From an uncultured virus (IMG/VR IMGVR_UViG_2663763181_000001) (taxonomy: Duplodnaviria; Heunggongvirae; Uroviricota; Caudoviricetes), in the IMG/VR virus record IMGVR_UViG_2663763181_000001: 64,000 nt of DNA; one strand, written 5' to 3'. The notes under the pieces were generated by a model that worked only from the letters and a program-made list of their open reading frames with translations, was not told the DNA's origin and did not search any database. A program made the translations under genes and the position numbers. Below are positions 57,707 through 64,000 of this stretch, piece after piece; position 1 is the first letter of the stretch; every line of letters begins with the position of its first letter.

Positions 57707-58549
57707 TCAATTTTCACTTTTTTCATCTTCAGGCTCTACTTCACCGGCTTCAATTAACGCTAACTTTCGCATAAACGCCTCTTCTTTTTTCTTTTTCATA
57801 TTAGCTTTTGCAATTGCCATTCTTTCTTCAGCACCTGAAATAACTGAACTACGCCGTGCTTGAACTTCCGACTGGTCTTTAAGATCATCTACATCTAAGC
57901 CCCAGAACATTGCTTCTGTCTTGGCAATGTTAGAAATGCTGATACTTTGCTTAACGTTTAAATCTACAACCTGACATATAAGTCCCATCTTGAACTTGAC
58001 TAATGCTAATTGTTCCTCAGTTGGATTATTTAAATTCAGTACTTCATCTCTAATATGAATAACACTATCGATAGTGTCTGTAATTAACTCTCCAAGCTTA
58101 TGAGCTCTTATACGGTTATTTTTGACAACCAAAGCTGACTTTAGATAGTTCTCGTTGACTGTAGAACGCCCGCCGTTGTTATGACCATTATTTTTAGAGT
58201 TTTGACTATTAAATTCAGCAATATTTGACGTTTTTTTGACAGAATTTTGACTATCACTTTTTTCCGATTTATCAGTAGTTTGTGTATTTTCTTGACCATT
58301 GTTTTTTTTGGTCAATTTTTTAATCTCTTTATTGAGCTCTTGGGCTGTCTTTTTGACTAAAGATTTAGCTTTCTTTTTCCATTTCTCAGCAAGTGCTTTA
58401 CGGCGTACAACGGATGGCGAAGGCATCTCACAACCGAGTTCTTCGCCAACCTGATCAACTAAAGCTTGCCATGTAATCTTAGGTGAAGATTCATAGACTT
58501 CTTTTAGCCGGTTCCAAATTTCTTCCGAGTATTCAATCTTGCGAGCCAT
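57707..58549 (-). CDS. Putative terminase small subunit (N-terminal HTH)
   Basis: W..LK..YE....TW..L....PS.VRRKA..EKW HTH pattern typical of TerS. Confidence 0.5.
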   Translation of the reverse strand: MARKIEYSEEIWNRLKEVYESSPKITWQALVDQVGEELGCEMPSPSVVRRKALAEKWKKKAKSLVKKTAQELNKEIKKLTKKNNGQENTQTTDKSEKSDSQNSVKKTSNIAEFNSQNSKNNGHNNGGRSTVNENYLKSALVVKNNRIRAHKLGELITDTIDSVIHIRDEVLNLNNPTEEQLALVKFKMGLICQVVDLNVKQSISISNIAKTEAMFWGLDVDDLKDQSEVQARRSSVISGAEERMAIAKANMKKKKEEAFMRKLALIEAGEVEPEDEKSEN

Positions 58550-58562
58550 TAAAGTCTATCCC

Positions 58563-59249
58563 TTATTCAGTAAATAGACCTATTTGTTTTACTTCAGCTA
58601 TAGCTTGTTGCTGTAAAGAAGCCTTGCTAAAACGTTTTTTATTTTGGATAAGATCAATTAGAGCTTTTTGCTGTAAATCGTTCTCTTCGCGTTGGAAAAC
58701 ATCATCGATAGCCATTTCTAAGTTACGGATTTGTTTCGCACGATTTTGTTCACACTCACGCACTATACGCATAAGGGTGTGAAGTTCTGGTAAAACCTTT
58801 TCTTGAATAGACTGATCTTGCGATAAACAAGCTTGAATAAGGCCCTTTGAGGCTTCTAGTAACTCAACCGTTAAGGCTTTAGGGAAAGAAGTAATATGCT
58901 GTGCCGCTGCCATACTCAATTGAAATGCCATGGCTTGAGTATATTCACTCATCATTTCACCAAGACTGTTAAACAGAATACCAGCTACAGAAGCTGTTTT
59001 ATCTAGTTCCGGTTCAATCGTAAAACCAAGAATCCAGTCAGCTGAAACACCATATTTTTGACATAGCAAAGAAAGTAATTCTGCATCTGGCATTAACTTA
59101 CCGTTTTCGATTTCACTCATACGATTTTTATGCGGTGTACCGAATATTTCTAATGCTACGTCTTCTTGACGTAATTGAGCCATGTCACGCGCCATTGCAA
59201 GTTTTCTTCCGATAAGTACTCGACGTTGCAAATCGCTCTTTTTCGCCAT
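58563..59249 (-). CDS. XRE-family HTH regulator
   Basis: IGRKLAMAR....LRQEDVA...MSEIENG...P...YGVSADWILG. Confidence 0.85.
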   Translation of the reverse strand: MAKKSDLQRRVLIGRKLAMARDMAQLRQEDVALEIFGTPHKNRMSEIENGKLMPDAELLSLLCQKYGVSADWILGFTIEPELDKTASVAGILFNSLGEMMSEYTQAMAFQLSMAAAQHITSFPKALTVELLEASKGLIQACLSQDQSIQEKVLPELHTLMRIVRECEQNRAKQIRNLEMAIDDVFQREENDLQQKALIDLIQNKKRFSKASLQQQAIAEVKQIGLFTE

Positions 59250-59948
59250 TTAAATGCTTCTCCCAGCTAACCAATCAAAATCTACAGTTTTTGACAACCA
59301 ATCAGTTTCATCAGTAAAAACGCACGAAAGCCAGACACAACCTTCTTCACATGGTTCTGCCAGCTTAATTTGTTCACTTATGAAAATATTGTCGTCTTTG
59401 AATAACAAGCCATCACCCTTGACACTATCAATAAGTAATTTTGGATAGTTATCAATATCAAAGCGTGGATAAGTCTTTGCACTGTAAGAACGAGTTTTAA
59501 GTGGTGGCTGAACAATTAATCGTATTTCACAAAGTTGATCGATAGCTTTTAACTTAAGTGCTCTAAACATAGGTCCATATTGCTTTTGAACCTTGTCTTT
59601 ATATTTTTTAGCACCTACTGAAAGACTATTTCTTTGCTTTCCATTCTGATCAATTGTAGCCCGCCAAATCTCGTTAGCGCTTAATCCATAAGGCAATTTG
59701 ATTGTGATGTATTGCTTACCAGAAATGATAACACCGCCTGTGCTTCCCCTATATATAGTATTTTCACCGTTTTCACCCTCATATTCTTTTTCTACATGGC
59801 AAGGGAAAAACACATGTTTAGAAGGGCTAGACTTTTGCTTTTTAGTTTTTTCATTGCCTAATGAAACACTGAAATCCTTAAAGAGTTCCTGTCTTTTATT
59901 ATTGGAGAAAAACTCACTCCACTGACGGCGGTTACTTTTTTTAATCAT
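59250..59948 (-). CDS. rusA: RusA-family Holliday junction resolvase
   Basis: LP...SANEIWR, RFDIDNYPKLLIDSV, FKDDN. Confidence 0.8.
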   Translation of the reverse strand: MIKKSNRRQWSEFFSNNKRQELFKDFSVSLGNEKTKKQKSSPSKHVFFPCHVEKEYEGENGENTIYRGSTGGVIISGKQYITIKLPYGLSANEIWRATIDQNGKQRNSLSVGAKKYKDKVQKQYGPMFRALKLKAIDQLCEIRLIVQPPLKTRSYSAKTYPRFDIDNYPKLLIDSVKGDGLLFKDDNIFISEQIKLAEPCEEGCVWLSCVFTDETDWLSKTVDFDWLAGRSI

Positions 59949-60542
59949 AACGACCTCAAATCAAGCAAGTAAGATTTACATAAACTTGAAGCTCTTCTTG
60001 CATGACATAATCCTTAAAAACACTTAGTTCCAGAATTATTAACCGTTAGATTTATTTAGAAGTACCCTTGTTCCAATTCATTATTTTTGTTTGTAAAAAA
60101 ATGCTCTCTTTTATATATGCAAAATATATTGATCCTCAAAAAAACATCGAGCTGGTCCTACTTACCAATGTGTCAGCACTTTTAGGATAGGGGCCCCTAT
60201 CATTTCCTTCTTTTTAGTAATTTAATATCCAAACCCTTTTTACGTAGGATTTGCATCACACACCAAAATTTTAAAGGCCACATCTAGTTTCCCTTTATTA
60301 TAAAATTATTACCTAGGGGTTGTTTAGAAATCTAAAACTTTTATAACTCTTACTCAGAAATTCTCTTTTTCATCAACCATAAATTACATAAAATATTATA
60401 TTTATCCACAACTTAAATAAGCTTGATTCTTTAATTGATAAACTCACTAGAATAATATTTCTTAAAATAATAGGAGTATATTGACAGAAAAAAGCTAAAA
60501 TATTACTCTCTAAAAGTTTTCTTCATAAAAAAGCATCAAAAA

Positions 60543-60638
60543 ATGAAAACTATCATCGTAGCTTTTGTACTCTCAGCAATTTTGATCATTCTATCATTTT
60601 TATTTTACATGATTATAAAAACCCATTATAAGAAATAA
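60543..60638 (+). CDS. 31-aa single-TM peptide (MKTIIVAFVLSAILIILSFLFYMIIKTHYKK)
   Basis: Translated by hand; TTGACA-N17-TACTCT promoter at 60481-60509; hairpin at 60652-60680 downstream; weak RBS. Confidence 0.45.
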   Translation: MKTIIVAFVLSAILIILSFLFYMIIKTHYKK

Positions 60639-60910
60639 CAAAGAATTAAAAAAGCTCATTTCCGAACCAGAAATGAGCTTATGAAATCCACATAAACCTG
60701 AAATACTAAGTATGGCTACTTAGCAATATTAAATTAAATGAATTTCTTTGAAGAATCAATATTTTTTTTAAAAAAGTATCTAAAAAAATTTAAAATTATT
60801 ACAAATATTATAATTATAGCTTTTAGCAAAGTTAATTTCTTTGCTGCTACAAAAAAGTAAAAGTTCAAAAAGAATAAAACTTCTAAAATTAGTTAACGGG
60901 ACTAAGAAAA

Positions 60911-61366
60911 CTATTTTTTAAAAGTTGCTTTATAATGTTTGGAATTAAAATAATTTACAATCTCTTCCCCATTATTTTGATTTTTTTCTAAATTTAAGGT
61001 TAAAAAATCTAATTCCGATTCCAAATTTATAAACTCGGGAATATATTCTTTGATAGGAGGGGGTGGCTTAGGGCCCCCTTCAGTAATTTTTTGAATAAAC
61101 CCAGCTAACCATAAAATGTATTCTTCTCTTAAATTATAAGAAGGAATCAAACTTACATCAATCTTTACCTTACAATCATTTTTACTTTTACTCAGTACTT
61201 CATTGAAATCAATAAAATTATATTTCAGCTTATATTCTGTACCCTTAATTTCTTTTCGAATCACCTTCATAAGAATATACATATTTTCTAAAACATCTTT
61301 AGAAAATAGTTTTTCATTTTTCATTTTTTTGTAAATAGTCTCAGCAAGAAAAAGATATTGTGGCAT
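60911..61366 (-). CDS. Hypothetical protein (very AT-rich insert)
   Basis: 151-aa ORF. Confidence 0.6.
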   Translation of the reverse strand: MPQYLFLAETIYKKMKNEKLFSKDVLENMYILMKVIRKEIKGTEYKLKYNFIDFNEVLSKSKNDCKVKIDVSLIPSYNLREEYILWLAGFIQKITEGGPKPPPPIKEYIPEFINLESELDFLTLNLEKNQNNGEEIVNYFNSKHYKATFKK

Positions 61367-61501
61367 GTTACAAATTCCATTTCATAATTTCCTCTTATTC
61401 TATAATATAGAATTATTAAATTAATATTACAAGAATTTACTCAAAGTTTTTTATTTTAAATTTTGAAGTAATATCAAAATATTAAGATAGTAATTCCTAA
61501 T

Positions 61502-61535
61502 AAAAAGGTCTATTTCTTTTTTAAGAAATAGACCT
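61502..61535 (-). terminator. Intrinsic terminator of the replication operon
   Basis: AGGTCTATTTCTT-TTTT-AAGAAATAGACCT with A-run on the left. Confidence 0.65.
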
Positions 61536-61629
61536 AGCGAAAAAAGCGCTCAAACCTAAAAATGGCTGATTTAGTATTAGCTGCCCTTATTCAAGTTGGT
61601 ACTATTAAGTAATTTAGAAAATGCTCAAT

Positions 61630-61825
61630 TAACCTCTCTCTTTAAATTTCTCTGCTTCCATCTAGTCCCTACATCTTATGAAATGGACCCCATATTGCAT
61701 TCATATTCTTGAGCTGCTTCTCTTCGTAGTTAAGCCTTTTTCTGATTAGCTTGAACTTGGGTCGGGGTTAGCTTGTTTGGATTGTATTTTTTTGAGCGTT
61801 TTTTGCTGGTTGCTTTAGATTTCAT
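61630..61825 (-). pseudogene. Degraded phage gene (MKSKATSKKRSKKYNPNKL...) with in-frame stops
   Basis: ATGA-coupled start with GGGGTG RBS; TAA after 31 codons and a second stop further on; left end approximate. Confidence 0.4.
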
Positions 61826-62355
61826 TTGCACCCACCCCCTTTAGCTCTTAACTTTTCAGCAACTAAACGATCAGCTACACGCTTAACTCGATTCCAAACA
61901 AAGTTGTGATCAATTTCAGAACGACCTTGATAAATACGTTCAAGTTGAAATGCCGTAACTGAATAATCCACTTCTAAGGCCAGTAAATCCCAATCTTCAT
62001 TAAAAGCTGTAGCGTAGGGGGTCAATTGGCTTTTCTGTGCCAAAATACGCAATTGGCGAGCATCTGGACCACGTTTTACAACTGGTTTTGGCTTAGATTT
62101 GATTAAACCAGTTGAAAGCGCCCATTCGACACAAGTTTCGCAACGACAACATAAACGCTTATACATAGGTCCGGTGCCGTGAGGCATATTGAGATCACGC
62201 CCTATAGACTCAACGTGTCGAATTTTATTACCAGGATGTTTCAGCCATTTCTTAACTGCTTTTTCTAATGCTTTTCGCTCCTTAGATTTAGCTGCTACGT
62301 TTGAGTAAGCAACTAATGCGTATTCAGATTTTTTCATATCAACAAATGCGTTCAC
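61822..62355 (-). CDS. Hypothetical phage protein with CRCxxC motif
   Basis: HGT...Y....CRCETC; ATGA-coupled to the loader gene. Confidence 0.7.
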   Translation of the reverse strand: MNAFVDMKKSEYALVAYSNVAAKSKERKALEKAVKKWLKHPGNKIRHVESIGRDLNMPHGTGPMYKRLCCRCETCVEWALSTGLIKSKPKPVVKRGPDARQLRILAQKSQLTPYATAFNEDWDLLALEVDYSVTAFQLERIYQGRSEIDHNFVWNRVKRVADRLVAEKLRAKGGGCK

Positions 62356-63116
62356 TGTGCTTTACCTCCACCTATACGAGCATCATCCCAATCACATTCC
62401 ACAATATCTAAGCCATCATGTTGAAATCTTGACCAAAGCCGGTCCCCAAGATCATCGCGAACCTCAGAAAGGCTTAGGTTTGAAATCACTACTGTTGGCT
62501 TCATCTCGTCATAACGAGTAAGTAGAACCTTATGAACACTCTCAAGCAGGTGAGGACGTTTTTCAGCACGGTCATGTAAGCCATATTCGTCAATAATTAA
62601 TAAATCTTTGCCCACATAACGTTTTAGTGCTTCATCTTCGCTATCACCGCTACGGCGATAGGCACCCGCAATATCTTCAGCTAAGTCTGCAGACGTAATG
62701 TAAATAGCCTCCCAGTTTTTAATGATGATATTTTTCAGAATAGATGAACCTAGATGGGTTTTACCTGTTCCAGTACGACCAACAAGGAGTAAATTTCTAA
62801 AAACACCTGCATTGAAATCCATAGTGAACTTTTCACAAGTTTTACGAGCTTTGTCTTGTCCTTTGTGAGTTACTGCATAGTTGCTAAAGCCGCTATTTAC
62901 ATGTCTTTTAGGGATACCAGCTCGAGCCATTTTCAAATTTAAAATACGAATATTCTTATCGCTTTCATATTTTTCATTTGACTGCTTCATGATTTTTTCA
63001 ACACAAGACTGACAAACGATTCGACCATGTACATTGATCATTTGTTCTTTGTGGATCTTACAGATCTGGTTTGTATGGGAAATTTTATATTCCAATTTTT
63101 GAGGCACTGCGTTCAT
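62352..63116 (-). CDS. DnaC/IstB-like helicase loader ATPase
   Basis: N-terminal CxxH/CxxC Zn motif; GRTGTGKT; LLIIDE; ISNL...GDRLWSR. Confidence 0.9.
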   Translation of the reverse strand: MNAVPQKLEYKISHTNQICKIHKEQMINVHGRIVCQSCVEKIMKQSNEKYESDKNIRILNLKMARAGIPKRHVNSGFSNYAVTHKGQDKARKTCEKFTMDFNAGVFRNLLLVGRTGTGKTHLGSSILKNIIIKNWEAIYITSADLAEDIAGAYRRSGDSEDEALKRYVGKDLLIIDEYGLHDRAEKRPHLLESVHKVLLTRYDEMKPTVVISNLSLSEVRDDLGDRLWSRFQHDGLDIVECDWDDARIGGGKAQ

Positions 63117-64000
63117 ATCAACTCACCCTTCACAGCTGTGTGAGCAACCGGTTCATATTTCTTTGGCGCTCCCCATTGATCATTTACGTTGCGTGGTAAC
63201 GATTGATGGTTTGACTGTTGACCAGTAGTCATTTCGGGTTTTTCGTTTAGGTACCAAGATGCTTTGAAGGCACCCCAAGGATTTTGTCTTTTCAAACAAT
63301 ATTCGACGGCTTGCTGAAGTGTGATTCCTGCTTTTTGGGCTTCATTCAAAAGTGCGTCAAAAGCGTTTTCGGTGTTTTGAGCTTTCTTGGCTTTACGTAC
63401 TTGTAAGAACTCAGCAGCGTCTTTCTCAGGTACACCATTTTTTTTCAAAGCACTCTTGAAACTAAATTTTGCTTGAGTCGATGAATCAACTTCGCCAACG
63501 GCGGAGTTGTTATTCCCTTCTGGATTCAGTGAATCAGGATTCAGATTAAGGGAATCAGGATTCAGATTAAAGGAATCAGGAATCAGGGCGTTTTGGTCTG
63601 AGATAGAAACAGTTTTAGAACCGTTATCTAACTGTTCTTGTGTGTTTCCACTACTGTTTGCTTGATTCGATTCACTTTCTTGATAACTGTTTTCAACAGC
63701 AGAACCAGTATTTTGAGGGGCAAATGGACCTGTTTTATCGTAAAAATGCTTTAAATCAGCTTTATTTAGCTGAATTGCCTTTCCAACAATTGTTTTGTTT
63801 TTTGGATTACGTTGATAGACAGTGTAGATGCCATTTCTGTCAGGTAGCTCACTATCTTTCTCAAGACCATGTGGGTTTTGATGTTTAACAAAGTTAACGA
63901 TATGGATAACATCAATACCATCAGCGTTATATAACTCGATAAAACCAAACTTAGAAATGTTCTCTAACTGTTCTGCAACGTTTATATCGTCTGCAGGAAA
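63113..64000 (-). CDS. Phage replication initiator (lambda O/DnaD-like), 5' end outside the window
   Basis: Frame is open from 64000 (FPADDINV...FVKHQNPH...LIPDS...WGAFKASW) to the stop at 63113; upstream of the DnaC-like gene. Confidence 0.8.
   Translation of the reverse strand, partial: FPADDINVAEQLENISKFGFIELYNADGIDVIHIVNFVKHQNPHGLEKDSELPDRNGIYTVYQRNPKNKTIVGKAIQLNKADLKHFYDKTGPFAPQNTGSAVENSYQESESNQANSSGNTQEQLDNGSKTVSISDQNALIPDSFNLNPDSLNLNPDSLNPEGNNNSAVGEVDSSTQAKFSFKSALKKNGVPEKDAAEFLQVRKAKKAQNTENAFDALLNEAQKAGITLQQAVEYCLKRQNPWGAFKASWYLNEKPEMTTGQQSNHQSLPRNVNDQWGAPKKYEPVAHTAVKGELI
63531..63587. repeat. 21-bp tandem repeat within the initiator gene (candidate ori region)
   Basis: GAATCAGGATTCAGATTAA(G/A)G x2 plus partial GAATCAGG and AATCAGG. 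Confidence 0.7.

Larger units (their letters stand above)
139..64000. mobile_element. Large temperate phage/prophage with P1-like virion and antirestriction modules and lambdoid-type replication; continues beyond the right edge
   Basis: Contiguous lysis, head, tail, terminase and replication genes. The left boundary is only inferred from att-arm-like repeats, and no integrase is in the window. Confidence 0.9.

Noticed and set aside
7376..60075. TGGAAC read as an ECF/sigmaE -35 element (GGAACTT)
   Set aside because: The conserved downstream element is a sigma70-like -10 at 29 nt, not an ECF -10 at 16-17 nt.
63531..63587. Tandem repeat as a CRISPR array
   Set aside because: No spacers, in-frame within a CDS, no cas genes; no CRISPR array seen anywhere in the window.
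1569..63948. Many 60-130 aa ORFs antisense to or within long genes (e.g. 2510-2758, 13140-13436, 13455-13841, 19902-20264, 56308-56607, 63640-63888, 63766-63948)
   Set aside because: Shadow ORFs without RBS or protein-like composition; only 13453-13812 had independent support.

Overview
AT-rich window covering about 64 kb of a large temperate phage (probably an integrated prophage), most likely from Acinetobacter given the UmuDAb-type operator and the protein families. The left end (1-6.1 kb, + strand) is accessory: possible att-arm repeats, a HEPN-like gene, a frameshifted SRAP gene, umuDC, and a DUF6602-like nuclease plus a membrane protein. From 6.2 to 60 kb (mostly - strand) is a P1-like contractile-tail late region. 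It contains lysis genes, a virion-packaged antirestriction set (DarA-, DdrB-, DarB- and Hdf-like), portal, a 3192-aa spike/fibre fusion, tube, sheath, major capsid, an intein-containing terminase, prohead protease, a Tad1-like anti-defence protein, baseplate genes, and a tail lysozyme followed by an LprI inhibitor. Two + strand defence-like morons interrupt it. The right end is a lambdoid-type replication module (initiator truncated by the window edge, DnaC-like loader). The main unannotated signals are: (1) a 16-copy TGGAAC-N29-(-10) late-promoter motif, usually coupled to an RBS-covering hairpin; (2) a ~90-nt three-way-junction sRNA with its own sigma70 promoter, convergent on the Hdf-PBECR nuclease gene; (3) a 119-aa gene nested inside the DarB-like gene; (4) recurrent (F/Y)DS motifs and shared N-terminal leaders in head-associated proteins; (5) two 31-aa peptides missed by the ORF track. 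All family assignments come from motif recognition by eye, not database searches.
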